Assembly: GCA_011772755.1 (NCBI GenBank)
Contig: WVYX01000192.1
Span: 1,856-65,855, forward strand
Direction: 5' to 3'
Source of the DNA: Gemmatimonadales bacterium
Lineage (GTDB): Bacteria > Gemmatimonadota > Gemmatimonadetes > Gemmatimonadales > GWC2-71-9
Length of the DNA stretch: 64,000 nucleotides
The notes under the pieces were generated by a model that did no database searches, was not told the origin of the DNA, and was given only the letters and a program-made list of their open reading frames with translations. The position numbers and the translations under genes are program-made. Below are positions 1 to 9,093 of this stretch, piece after piece. Within the stretch, counting starts at the first letter, position 1. Each line of letters begins with the position of its first letter.

Positions 1-207
1 GCTGGACCGTATAGGTGGAACGTGTGGCGTTGCAATGCGTTGAGAGTTTGTTGAGCCGTCGGTGGCTACTTGTCATCCGGGTGCCGGCGGTGGGTGCTGG
101 CCCGGTGGGGAAGCGAGCGAAGCGGAGTGCCGAGCGGAACCGTCCACCACCGGTCAGTACAGGCCGTCGGCACCGGCCAGCGGTCCGCTACCACACTGCG
201 TCCCCCA

Positions 208-236
208 CCCCGGGTATTCGCCCGGGGTTTTCTTCT
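208..236 (+). terminator. Intrinsic-terminator-like hairpin with T-rich tail
   Basis: Perfect 7-bp GC stem CCCCGGG (208-214) / CCCGGGG (221-227), 6-nt loop TATTCG, then TTTTCTTCT (228-236). Lies 77 nt upstream of the larE-like ATG. Confidence 0.5.
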
Positions 237-312
237 GGTCGTCCCCGCGGGGCTCGATTCCGGGTCCCGGCTTGCCTTCCGTCGCCATTCATCCCCGGTT
301 ATTAATTCGCCG

Positions 313-1140
313 ATGACTGCCGCTGCGAAACTCGAAGGCCTGATCGCCACGTTTCCCTCGCTCCTGGTCGGCTACTCAGGCGGTGTCGACTCGGCGCTCC
401 TGGCGGTGGTGGCGCAGCGGGTGCTGGGTGGACGGCGTGCAGTGGCCGCGATGGGGATCAGCCCGTCGTACCCAGCGGTGCAGCGAGAGCAGGCGCTCGA
501 CGTGGCGCGACAGTTCGACCTCAATGTCGTCCAAATCCACACGGAGGAGATGACTGATCCGGCCTACCTCGCCAATTCCACCGATCGCTGCTATTTCTGC
601 AAGCGCGAACTGTGGGCAAAGCTGTCTGCCCTCGCTCGGGAGCGGGGCCTTGCCATCGTCGCCGACGGCACCAACGCGGACGACTTGACCGAGCACCGCC
701 CGGGGCTCCAGGCAGCGGCCGAGCATGAGATTCGGTCGCCCCTCGCAGAAGTAGGCTACTCGAAGGCAGACGTGCGTCGTGAAGCTCGGGCCCTGGGTAT
801 TCCCATCTGGGACAAGCCCGCGGCGCCGTGCCTCTCCAGCCGGGTGATGTACGGTCTCTCCATCACTGCTCGGCGACTCGCGCAGGTCGAACAGGGGGAG
901 GCGCTGCTTCGGGCAGTCGGAGTGGAGGGCGATCTTCGCGTACGGCATCGAGCGCAGGAGGCGCGGATCGAGGTTGCGCCGTCGCAGTTTGGCCGAGTGC
1001 GGGCGCGGGCCGGCCACATCGGTGAGCGACTCCTCGCGCTGGGCTTTGATCGCGTGACCCTTGATCTCCGAGGTTACCGGCGCGGCAGCCTGCTCGAGGC
1101 CGGCGAGTTGGCGCTGGAGCTGCTAGCCGAGCGCACCTGA
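313..1140 (+). CDS. larE: PP-loop ATP pyrophosphatase, LarE-like sulfur transferase (three-cysteine type)
   Basis: SGGVDS PP-loop near the N-terminus. CYFCK and PAAPCLSSR cysteines as in cluster-binding LarE/TIGR00268-type proteins. ATG at 313 chosen inside track ORF 70..1140, whose upstream part is R/G/S-rich and looks non-coding. Confidence 0.75.
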   Translation: MTAAAKLEGLIATFPSLLVGYSGGVDSALLAVVAQRVLGGRRAVAAMGISPSYPAVQREQALDVARQFDLNVVQIHTEEMTDPAYLANSTDRCYFCKRELWAKLSALARERGLAIVADGTNADDLTEHRPGLQAAAEHEIRSPLAEVGYSKADVRREARALGIPIWDKPAAPCLSSRVMYGLSITARRLAQVEQGEALLRAVGVEGDLRVRHRAQEARIEVAPSQFGRVRARAGHIGERLLALGFDRVTLDLRGYRRGSLLEAGELALELLAERT

Positions 1141-1147
1141 CCGTTCC

Positions 1148-1708
1148 ATGCGCCTGTTCATCGCCGTGAACCTTCCCCAGCAAGTTCGCCGAGGCATGTG
1201 GGAAGCGGCTGAGTCCCTGCGCGCCCGATCCTACCCCATCCGATGGGTGCCGCCAGACTCCCTGCATCTGACGCTCAAGTTCCTGGGGGAGGTTGCCGCC
1301 GAGAGGGAGGAGGAGATCGTGGGCGGCATACGGCGGGCGGTGAAAGGGACCAAGCCGTTCACCCTGCCGATTGCGGGGTTCGGTGCCTTCCCGTCACCGG
1401 TGCGGCCACGGGTGGTGTGGGTCGGATGCGAGGGCGTTCCTTCGCTGGAACTGCTGCAGCACCGGGTGGAGCAGGAGATGGACCGACTGGGGTTCCCCGT
1501 TGAGGGACGGCCCTTCCACCCTCACCTGACCCTGGGCCGTGTCAAACGTGGGGTGAAACAGCGGACCTTGGCTGGGTTTGCCGCAGACCTGGGACCGCTG
1601 GAGTACGCTGCGGAGGTGCTGGTTGAGTCGGTGGATCTCATGCAGAGTGAGCTGATGCGTGACGGGGCGCGTTACACTCGGCGCCGCAAGGTGGAGCTCG
1701 AGGCATGA
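1148..1708 (+). CDS. thpR: RNA 2',3'-cyclic phosphodiesterase (2H family, LigT/ThpR)
   Basis: Two HxTx motifs (SLHLTLKF and HPHLTLGR). 186 aa, typical size. Confidence 0.85.
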   Translation: MRLFIAVNLPQQVRRGMWEAAESLRARSYPIRWVPPDSLHLTLKFLGEVAAEREEEIVGGIRRAVKGTKPFTLPIAGFGAFPSPVRPRVVWVGCEGVPSLELLQHRVEQEMDRLGFPVEGRPFHPHLTLGRVKRGVKQRTLAGFAADLGPLEYAAEVLVESVDLMQSELMRDGARYTRRRKVELEA

Positions 1709-2361
1709 AGGGCGGATGTTTCAGAAATATCTTTGCCATGGTCGGCTGCTTCACCGTGCTTCTCGTTGCCGGCATCCTGGCGTGGGAGTACCGGGGTCAG
1801 ATCACGGGGGCCTTCCGCTCCGTCATCTCGTTAGGTGGGGAGGGCACGGCCCCTGAGCCGATGGTTGGCGTACCGTCGAGTGGGGCTCTACGCTCGGCCG
1901 AGCGCAAGGAGGAGGCGATTGCGAGGCGGGGTGGCCCGGGCTACGTCTACTTGTCCGCTGACGAGATCGCTGCCCTGATCGAGGACCGGTTGGACCCGGT
2001 GGCGAGAGCTGGCATGGATTCGATCCGGGTAATGCTCGGTGAGGACCGATTCACCTTCGAGGGACAGGTGCGGTTGGATGTGTTCAGCCCGGATTTGCTC
2101 GGGCCGCTGATCGAGCTGCTGGGTAGTCGTCAGCCGATGCGCGTGGCTGGGGAGGTGAAGTTCCGGGAAGCCGGTGTGGTGGCGTGGACCTGCGACGAGT
2201 TCGTCATCGCGTCGTTCCCGTTTCCCCAATCGGCGATTCCGCGACTGGTGAATCGTCTCACCGGGGGGACCGATGGAGCATTTTTGATCCCGATCCCGGA
2301 GACCGTTGGTGACGTCCGCGTCCGTCCGGATGGGGTGACCTTTTACCGCAAGGTTGTGTAA
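1705..2361 (+). CDS. Hypothetical membrane-anchored protein
   Basis: Single N-terminal hydrophobic helix (FAMVGCFTVLLVAGILAW). ATGA overlap with the thpR stop and TAATG junction with the next gene. No family recognised. Confidence 0.55.
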   Translation: MKGGCFRNIFAMVGCFTVLLVAGILAWEYRGQITGAFRSVISLGGEGTAPEPMVGVPSSGALRSAERKEEAIARRGGPGYVYLSADEIAALIEDRLDPVARAGMDSIRVMLGEDRFTFEGQVRLDVFSPDLLGPLIELLGSRQPMRVAGEVKFREAGVVAWTCDEFVIASFPFPQSAIPRLVNRLTGGTDGAFLIPIPETVGDVRVRPDGVTFYRKVV

Positions 2362-3716
2362 TGGCGAAACGCGTACTGGTGGTCGATGACGAGAAAGGCG
2401 TGCGGGAAGCGCTGCGCCAGATCCTGGAGTACGAAGGCATCGAGGTGCGTGCCGTCGACTCGGGAGACATCGCGCTGAAGGCGTATCCGGAGTTTCACCC
2501 GCACCTCGTTCTGTTGGATGTGAAGATGGCGGGGATGGACGGGCTCGAGGTACTGGCACGACTCCGCGAGCAGGATCCCCAAGCCCAGGTGGTGATGATC
2601 TCCGGTCACGGGACCATCCAGACGGCGGTGGAAGCTACCCAACTCGGGGCCTACGACTTTCTGGAGAAGCCCCTCGACACCGACCGTATCCTGCTCACCT
2701 TGCGGCACGCCCTTGACCAAGCCGAGCTCGAATCGGAAAACCTGCGTCTGCGGGAGACCGTCAGCGACCGCTATGCGATCGTGGGCGAGAGTCCAGCGAT
2801 TCGTCAGCTGCTCAATACGGTTGATCGGGTGGCGCCCACGGCCGCGCGGGTGCTCATCGCTGGCGAGAATGGGAGCGGTAAGGAACTCGTCGCGCGGGCC
2901 CTCCACCGCCGGTCGCCGAGAGCGGATCAGCCGTTCGTGGAAGTGAACTGTGCAGCGATCCCAGGAGAGCTCATCGAGAGCGAGCTTTTCGGCCACATGA
3001 AGGGCTCGTTCACCGGGGCATTTGCGGACCGCGCTGGCAAGTTCGAGCAGGCCGACAGCGGCACGCTGTTTCTCGACGAGGTCGGCGACATGAGCCTGGC
3101 GGCGCAGGCAAAAGTGCTGCGGGCGCTGGAAGAGGGTAGGGTCACGCGCATCGGTGCCACCAAAGCGGTGTCAGTGGACGTCCGGGTAATTGCGGCGACC
3201 AACAAAGTCATCGAGGACGAGATCGCTGCGGGTCGCTTCCGCGAGGACTTGTACTATCGCCTCAATGTGGTGCCGATCGACGTGCCGCCGCTTCGGAGCC
3301 GTCGCGAGGACGTGCCCCTCCTCGTGGAGAAGTTCGCTGGTGATCTGGCTCGTGACAGCGGTGTCAGGCTGAAGAGCTTCGACGCGGATGCTCTCCAAGC
3401 CCTGGCTGCCCGCGATTGGCCCGGAAACGTACGGGAGCTCCGCAACGCCGTCGAGCGCCTGATAATACTCTCAGCGGGTGAGACCGTCACTGCCGCGGAT
3501 GTGGGCCGCCTTGCCGGTACGACGAGCGACGCGACCGTTGGCGACTTGGTGCGCTGCGAGACGTTCGAGGATTTCAAGCAGACTGCTGAGCGGGCATTCC
3601 TCGAGGCCAAGCTGGCGGAGAATGGGTGGAACGTGAGCGAGACAGCGCGCAAGCTCGATATGCCTCGGAGCAACCTGTACAAGAAGATCGAGAAATACGA
3701 GCTGCAGCGCCGCTGA
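2361..3716 (+). CDS. Sigma-54-dependent response regulator (NtrC/AtoC family)
   Basis: REC domain (VLVVDDE ... LLDVKMAGMDG). AAA+ core with GENGSGKE Walker A, GSFTGA (GAFTGA loop variant) and ESELFGH. C-terminal Fis-type HTH (ETARKLDMPRSNLYKKI). No adjacent histidine kinase. Confidence 0.9.
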   Translation: MAKRVLVVDDEKGVREALRQILEYEGIEVRAVDSGDIALKAYPEFHPHLVLLDVKMAGMDGLEVLARLREQDPQAQVVMISGHGTIQTAVEATQLGAYDFLEKPLDTDRILLTLRHALDQAELESENLRLRETVSDRYAIVGESPAIRQLLNTVDRVAPTAARVLIAGENGSGKELVARALHRRSPRADQPFVEVNCAAIPGELIESELFGHMKGSFTGAFADRAGKFEQADSGTLFLDEVGDMSLAAQAKVLRALEEGRVTRIGATKAVSVDVRVIAATNKVIEDEIAAGRFREDLYYRLNVVPIDVPPLRSRREDVPLLVEKFAGDLARDSGVRLKSFDADALQALAARDWPGNVRELRNAVERLIILSAGETVTAADVGRLAGTTSDATVGDLVRCETFEDFKQTAERAFLEAKLAENGWNVSETARKLDMPRSNLYKKIEKYELQRR

Positions 3717-3809
3717 CACCCAACACCTCCCCCCCGCCCCGCAAGGAAGTGACCCTCGGCGCATAACATTCGTTGTCACTCCAGGAAGTCGTGTTGTTAC
3801 CGTCACACC

Positions 3810-4061
3810 ATGGGCAACCAGCGTGCCTCCATCGCCGTCATTCTCAGCGCGGGCGGTGCGGTGCTTGACCTCCGCGCCCTGAGTGACGTACCGGGTGGAA
3901 AGGTGGTGCGCGCGGAGTTTGCGTGGGGAGAACGCGCAGCGTGTGCTACGGCGACCCTCGAGCACGAGTGTGATACTGCCGAGCTCATACGCCTGCTGCG
4001 CCCGTGGGCAGCCGGACGCGGATGGTCGGTAACGGTTGCGCCGTTGCCGAAGCCTGGCTAA
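3810..4061 (+). CDS. Possible small hypothetical protein (83 aa)
   Basis: Only an open frame with moderately high third-position GC inside a 612-nt gap. No Shine-Dalgarno near the ATG and no recognisable motif. Confidence 0.25.
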   Translation: MGNQRASIAVILSAGGAVLDLRALSDVPGGKVVRAEFAWGERAACATATLEHECDTAELIRLLRPWAAGRGWSVTVAPLPKPG

Positions 4062-4328
4062 AGTAAAGTACAGCGCGTTCTTTGGAGGGAGCCTGACGCT
4101 GCAGCTTCCGGTACCGGCGGGCGGGGCGAACTCCGTCTCCAATGTGTATGTGCCCGATACTTCGATCGATCAGCCCGATCGACCGGAAGCCTTGTCCACC
4201 CCCTCCGTCGTCGTAACGCCCGCGCGTTTGGCTGACGGACTGGTGCGAATCATGGTGGCGGTCGCTTGCGATCGCCCCTTCCCGTATCCCGCATACCGCG
4301 ATTCGGAACCGACGGAGGAGCGCGCGGC

Positions 4329-5186
4329 ATGACACTCCCCTCTGCCAGGAAGACCTCGGTCGATGAGGGCTCCCTGGATCAGTACCTTCGAGAGATCAGC
4401 CAGTATCCGTTGATCAGTCGAGAGGACGAGGTCGAGCTTGCCACGAAGATCAAGCAGGGGTGTGAGGAGTCTCTCGACAAATTGGTGCGCAGCAACCTGC
4501 GGTTCGTGGTCTCGGTAGCCAAGAAGTACCAGAACCAGGGTGTGAGCTTGAGCGACCTGATCAATGAGGGGAACCTCGGGCTGATCCGCGCGGCCCATAA
4601 GTTTGACGAGACCAAGGGCATCAAGTTCATCTCCTACGCCGTGTGGTGGATTCGCCAGGCGATTCTCCAGGCCCTGGCTGAGCAGAGCCGCATCGTGCGC
4701 GTGCCGCTCAACCGAGCGGGGACGCTGCACAGGATAGGCAAGCGCTCGTCAGCGCTGCAGCAGGAGCTGGGCCGAGAGCCGACGGTTGAAGAGATAGCGG
4801 AGGGCATGGACATCTCCGAAGAGGAGGTGGCCAAGACGCTCTCCATCTCACAGAGCCATCTCTCCCTTGATGCACCCCTCACCCCTGGTGAGGACAATAA
4901 GCTACTCGACTACCTCCCGGACACGCAGAATGCGGGTCCCGATCAGGAAACGTTCGAACGCGCGCTCTCCGACTCGATCGAGGAAGTGCTGAGCACGCTC
5001 AAGGAGCGGGAAGCGAGGATCCTCCGTCTGTACTTCGGCCTGGACGGTCAGGAACCGATGACCCTGGAAGAGATTGGGAGCATGATGGGGATTACGCGCG
5101 AGCGCGTGCGTCAGATCAAAGAGAAAGCCCTTGCCCGACTGCGGCACGTCAGCCGCGCTCGGGCGCTGGAGAGCTTCTTGTCCTAG
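4329..5186 (+). CDS. rpoD: Primary-type sigma-70 factor lacking region 1.1 (short, Bacteroidetes/FCB-style RpoD)
   Basis: Regions 2-4 intact: NLRFVVSVAKKYQNQG, DLINEGNLGLIRAAHKFD, ISYAVWWIRQAILQA, TLEEIG..ITRERVRQIKEKAL. Only about 20 aa precede the region 1.2-like SLDQYLREI. ATG 4329 preferred over the TTG at 4266. Confidence 0.9.
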   Translation: MTLPSARKTSVDEGSLDQYLREISQYPLISREDEVELATKIKQGCEESLDKLVRSNLRFVVSVAKKYQNQGVSLSDLINEGNLGLIRAAHKFDETKGIKFISYAVWWIRQAILQALAEQSRIVRVPLNRAGTLHRIGKRSSALQQELGREPTVEEIAEGMDISEEEVAKTLSISQSHLSLDAPLTPGEDNKLLDYLPDTQNAGPDQETFERALSDSIEEVLSTLKEREARILRLYFGLDGQEPMTLEEIGSMMGITRERVRQIKEKALARLRHVSRARALESFLS

Positions 5187-5292
5187 CCGTGAGCTGCGCG
5201 CCGCAGCAGACGTCAGCTCGTCAGTTTCCGAACGACCGCTCACCATAGACGGCTCGCCCCTCGCTTCCCCAGCGCAGCTTATATTGCCCTCC

Positions 5293-6609
5293 ATGAAGCT
5301 GGGCGTCATCTCCCTCGGGTGCGACAAGGCAACCGTCGATTCCGAGCGCTTGATCGGCGAGCTGGTTGGACACGGAGCCCGCGTCGTGCGCGAGCTCGAG
5401 CGCGCCGACGTGGTGCTCGTGAACACCTGCGGGTTCATCGATGCGGCGAAGCGGGAATCGATCGAGGCGATGTTGCAGGCCGCTGCGCTGAAGGAATCGG
5501 GGAACGCCAAAGCAGTGGTAGCGGTCGGCTGCCTGGTCCAGCGTTACCCAGAGGAGCTGCGCCGTGAGATTCCCGAGGTGGATCTGTTTCTGGGATTCGG
5601 CGACCTCCACCACCTCGTGCCCGCGCTCGCCGAGCGAGGGCTCATCGCCGATCCTGCGGCGGGCCATCCCGGCGTGCGCCAGTACTTCGGCGATGCCCCC
5701 CACGTGCGCTACCTCAAGATCTCCGAGGGGTGCGATCACACCTGCGCCTTCTGCGCAATCCCCCTCATGCGCGGCAGGCATCGTTCTGAGCCCCTCGAGC
5801 GTCTGGTGCGGGAAGCGCAACAGCTCGAGGCCGTTGGTGCCAAGGAGATCAACCTCGTGGCTCAAGACCTGGGACACTATGGCCGCGACCTCGGGCGCAA
5901 CGGGCCGAAACTCTCCGATCTCCTGGAGGCGCTGCTACGCGAGACCGGGGTCCCATGGTTCCGCCTGCTCTATGTGTATTCCGCGGGGCTGACCGACCGC
6001 CTGGTTGGATTGATGGCGGGCGAGCCACGCATAGTCCCCTACCTCGACATCCCGATTCAACACGCGTCCGATCGGATGCTCGAGCGGATGCGGCGCCCGG
6101 AGCGCCGAGATACTGTCCGGGTCACGGTCAGCCGCTTGCGTGCGGCTGTGCCGGACATCGCGATCCGCACGACGGCGGTCGTGGGGTTTCCTGGCGAGAC
6201 TGAGGAAGACTTCCGGATCCTGTGTGACTTCGCTGAGGAAATCGAGTTCGAACGACTGGGTGTGTTCACCTATTCCGAGCAAGAGGGGACCCGGGCGGCA
6301 CAATTACCCGACGACGTGCCCGAGGACGTGAAGCGCACCCGCCAGGAGGAGCTGCTCGAGCTGCAGCGGGCCATCTCGCAAGAGCGTCTGGGTCGCTATG
6401 TCGGCCGGGAGACCGAGCTCCTGGTGGATCGAATCGCTGACCCCGATGACGGTGGGGCGACCCATGTGGGTCGAGTGCAGTGGCAGGCCGATGACATCGA
6501 TGGCATTACGTACCTTGCCCGGGGCGGATGGGCCCAAGCCGGTGACTTCGTCTCAGTGGTCCTGGAGGACAATATCGACTACGACTTCATCGCCGCGGCG
6601 GCGCTGTGA
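5293..6609 (+). CDS. rimO: Ribosomal protein S12 methylthiotransferase
   Basis: MTTase N-domain (VISLGCDKATVDSE), radical-SAM CDHTCAFC (CxxxCxxC), C-terminal TRAM-like region. ATG 5293 inside track ORF 5131..6609. Confidence 0.9.
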   Translation: MKLGVISLGCDKATVDSERLIGELVGHGARVVRELERADVVLVNTCGFIDAAKRESIEAMLQAAALKESGNAKAVVAVGCLVQRYPEELRREIPEVDLFLGFGDLHHLVPALAERGLIADPAAGHPGVRQYFGDAPHVRYLKISEGCDHTCAFCAIPLMRGRHRSEPLERLVREAQQLEAVGAKEINLVAQDLGHYGRDLGRNGPKLSDLLEALLRETGVPWFRLLYVYSAGLTDRLVGLMAGEPRIVPYLDIPIQHASDRMLERMRRPERRDTVRVTVSRLRAAVPDIAIRTTAVVGFPGETEEDFRILCDFAEEIEFERLGVFTYSEQEGTRAAQLPDDVPEDVKRTRQEELLELQRAISQERLGRYVGRETELLVDRIADPDDGGATHVGRVQWQADDIDGITYLARGGWAQAGDFVSVVLEDNIDYDFIAAAAL

Positions 6610-7892
6610 CCGAGAGAGCCCTCTTGCTCGGCCGGGCCCGTGCCGTCCTCCCCGGCGGCGTCAACTCGCCGGTGCGCGCCTTCCAAGCCGTGGGCGGTGA
6701 TCCGTTTTTCGTGCGCGAAGCCCACGGTGCCTATCTGACCACGACGGACGGCGAGACCCTCATCGACTATGTGATGTCGTGGGGACCGCTTCTGCTCGGT
6801 CACGATGCGCCGGAGGTGCGCGACGCCCTCGAGCGCGCCCTGGCTCGGGGGACGTCATTCGGCATGACGTCGCCTGTCGAGATCGAGCTCGCCGAGTTGG
6901 TGGTTGCCCTGGTACCATCGGTCGAGATGGTGCGCTTCGTGAACAGTGGGACGGAGGCGACGATGGCCGCGGTGCGGGTGGCGCGGGCAGCTACCGGCCG
7001 CCGGCTACTGGTCAAGTTCGAAGGCGGCTATCACGGCCACGGAGACAGCTTCCTGGTGGCGGCGGGAAGTGGAGTTGCCACCCTCGGGCTTCCCGATAGT
7101 CCAGGCGTCCCCGGCGAGGTAGCGCAGCTGACCGTGACGGCGCCGTTCAACGACATCTCGGCTGTCGCGGCCATCTTCGACCGCTATGGCGATGATGTCG
7201 CCGGCGTCATCGTCGAACCCTTCCTCGGCAATGCCGGATTCATTCCACCGGTATCTGGATTCCTGGAAGCGCTGCGGGATCTCACGAGTCGACGTGGTGC
7301 TCTGTTGATTTTCGACGAGGTCATGACGGGCTTCCGGGTCCACGTCGGCGGCGCACAGGCGCTGACCGGCGTGATGCCGGATCTCACAACTCTCGGCAAA
7401 GTTCTTGGCGGCGGCCTGCCCGTTGGTGCCTTTGGTGGTCGGCGTGACCTCATGGAATTGCTGGCGCCGGCGGGGCCAGTCTATCAAGCCGGGACCCTGT
7501 CGGGGAACCCCCTTGCCATGGCTGCGGGCCTGGCGACATTGCGGACAGTCCAGGACGGGAAGGTGTATGACAGCCTCGGCCGCCGCGCCGCAAAGCTGGT
7601 TGCAGGGCTGAAGGATGCAGCTTCCGCCGCAGGAGTCCCGTTCACCGGCAGCCATGCCGGAGGCATGTGGGGCTTCTTCTTCCATCCCGGCCCCGTGACC
7701 AACTTCGCCCAGGCGAGGCAGGTCGACGTCGACCTCTTCGCGCGCTTCCACCGAGCCTCTCGGGAACGCGGCGTGTATCTGGCGCCCTCGCCCTTTGAGG
7801 CAGCATTCGTTTCCACCGCACACGCGGACGAAATCATTGGAGAAACTCTCGATCGCCTGGCTGAGGCCCTGGCCCAGGTCGCTCGCGGCTAA
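6606..7892 (+). CDS. hemL: Glutamate-1-semialdehyde 2,1-aminomutase
   Basis: LPGGVNSPVRAF N-terminal signature and PLP-lysine context TLGKVLGGGLP. 428 aa. GTG start overlaps the rimO stop. Confidence 0.92.
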   Translation: MTERALLLGRARAVLPGGVNSPVRAFQAVGGDPFFVREAHGAYLTTTDGETLIDYVMSWGPLLLGHDAPEVRDALERALARGTSFGMTSPVEIELAELVVALVPSVEMVRFVNSGTEATMAAVRVARAATGRRLLVKFEGGYHGHGDSFLVAAGSGVATLGLPDSPGVPGEVAQLTVTAPFNDISAVAAIFDRYGDDVAGVIVEPFLGNAGFIPPVSGFLEALRDLTSRRGALLIFDEVMTGFRVHVGGAQALTGVMPDLTTLGKVLGGGLPVGAFGGRRDLMELLAPAGPVYQAGTLSGNPLAMAAGLATLRTVQDGKVYDSLGRRAAKLVAGLKDAASAAGVPFTGSHAGGMWGFFFHPGPVTNFAQARQVDVDLFARFHRASRERGVYLAPSPFEAAFVSTAHADEIIGETLDRLAEALAQVARG

Positions 7893-9093
7893 CGCCGCGC
7901 TGGTGGCTGTCGCCGCAGTTTGTGCGCGGCCAACGACTACGCGCCCGGTCGGCGCGGAGCCGGATATTCGGATCGGGCTGGTGACCAATGGGACCAGTGT
8001 CCGGCTCGGTGGTGAGGGGCGAGTCGCGGCGGTAGTTGGAGGGCGCTCACAGTTCCGGCTGCTACCGGGCGAGGCAGTGCGGGTAACTCCCGAGGGACGT
8101 GGGATCCGCGTCGCGGGCGATGCCGGCGCCGGCCGATACGAGCGCCTGACATTCGTGAGCCTTGATCGGTCGAGGTTCGTCACGGTAGAGGGGAAGCCAT
8201 ACCGTGGCGTCGTGGATGTGTTCGTGGGGGGCGGCGCCCTCACGGTGGTCAACGAGGTACCCGTCGAGGCTTACCTGGCGGGCGTGGTGAACGCGGAATT
8301 GGGTCGCCGCACTGCCAACGAGCGGGCTGCCGTCGAGGCGCAGGCGATCGTGGCCCGAACCTTTGCTCTCAAGAACATTGGCCGGCGCTCGGCGGATGGG
8401 TTTGACCTCCGGGCCACACCGGCCGACCAAGCCTACGGTGGTGTGGCCGCAGAGACCGAGCTTGGCCGGCAGGCGGTGCGTGCAACGGCTGGGAAGGTTG
8501 TGACATATCGAGGTGAACTCATCGAGACATTCTTCCACTCGACCTGCGGTTACTCCACGGCGTCTCCGGAGGAGGTCTTCCGCTGGGGGCGACGGCTGCC
8601 GTATCTGAGACCGGTGTCAGATCGTCGGCCCAATGGGCACTACTGTGACATCTCTCCGCGATTTCGCTGGACCGTCGAGTGGGAGGCGGAGACGCTGCAG
8701 CGTATATTACGGCGCACTGTGCCCGCCGTTCTGGGGATCGAGGGCGCCAAGATCGATGTGTTGCGTGATGTGCGGGTACACCGCACCGGCCCTTCGGGTC
8801 GGGTGATCGAAGCGCGTATCGGCGTGAGCCAGGGCGAGGTTCCCGTGTTCGGTCCCGATCTCCGCTCGGTGCTACGCACCCCGGACGGACGGCTCCTGGG
8901 GAGTACGGCAGTGCAGTTCGCGGTCGACAAGCGGGACGGCCGCGTGCAGCGCGTTCAGGTCTCTGGAGCCGGCTGGGGGCACGGGGTCGGGATGTGTCAG
9001 TGGGGTGCTGTGGGCAGGGCGCGGGCGGGGCAGGATGCGCGAACGATTGTGACCACCTACTTCCCGGGCACGCGAATTGAACGCCGCTACTAG
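7795..9093 (+). CDS. SpoIID/LytB-domain protein (peptidoglycan remodelling)
   Basis: EAYLAGVVNAELG, AQAIVARTFAL, TFFHSTCGYSTAS, GHGVGMCQWGA motifs. Start uncertain: the track start overlaps hemL by 98 nt, and an in-frame GTG at 7903 lies 11 nt after the hemL stop. Confidence 0.8.
   Translation: MRQHSFPPHTRTKSLEKLSIAWLRPWPRSLAANAALVAVAAVCARPTTTRPVGAEPDIRIGLVTNGTSVRLGGEGRVAAVVGGRSQFRLLPGEAVRVTPEGRGIRVAGDAGAGRYERLTFVSLDRSRFVTVEGKPYRGVVDVFVGGGALTVVNEVPVEAYLAGVVNAELGRRTANERAAVEAQAIVARTFALKNIGRRSADGFDLRATPADQAYGGVAAETELGRQAVRATAGKVVTYRGELIETFFHSTCGYSTASPEEVFRWGRRLPYLRPVSDRRPNGHYCDISPRFRWTVEWEAETLQRILRRTVPAVLGIEGAKIDVLRDVRVHRTGPSGRVIEARIGVSQGEVPVFGPDLRSVLRTPDGRLLGSTAVQFAVDKRDGRVQRVQVSGAGWGHGVGMCQWGAVGRARAGQDARTIVTTYFPGTRIERRY

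Noticed and set aside
55-207. Possible FMN or cobalamin riboswitch in the larE leader (words such as CCGGCGGT, GCGAGCG, GGTCAG, GCCGTCGG)
   Set aside because: These are only scattered word matches. The diagnostic cores are absent (the FMN GGATGGGAGA-type 3' segment and the B12 box), and the gene context does not fit either ligand.
15-350. Overlapping ORFs at the left edge (15..305, 62..316, 66..350 minus, and the 5' part of 70..1140)
   Set aside because: They overlap one another and have R/G/P-rich composition. The region contains a strong terminator hairpin at 208-236, so it was treated as non-coding leader or 3' UTR.
7005-8252. 415-aa minus-strand ORF spanning hemL and the SpoIID gene
   Set aside because: It crosses a gene boundary antisense to two well-supported genes and has the typical P/R/S/T-rich high-GC shadow composition.
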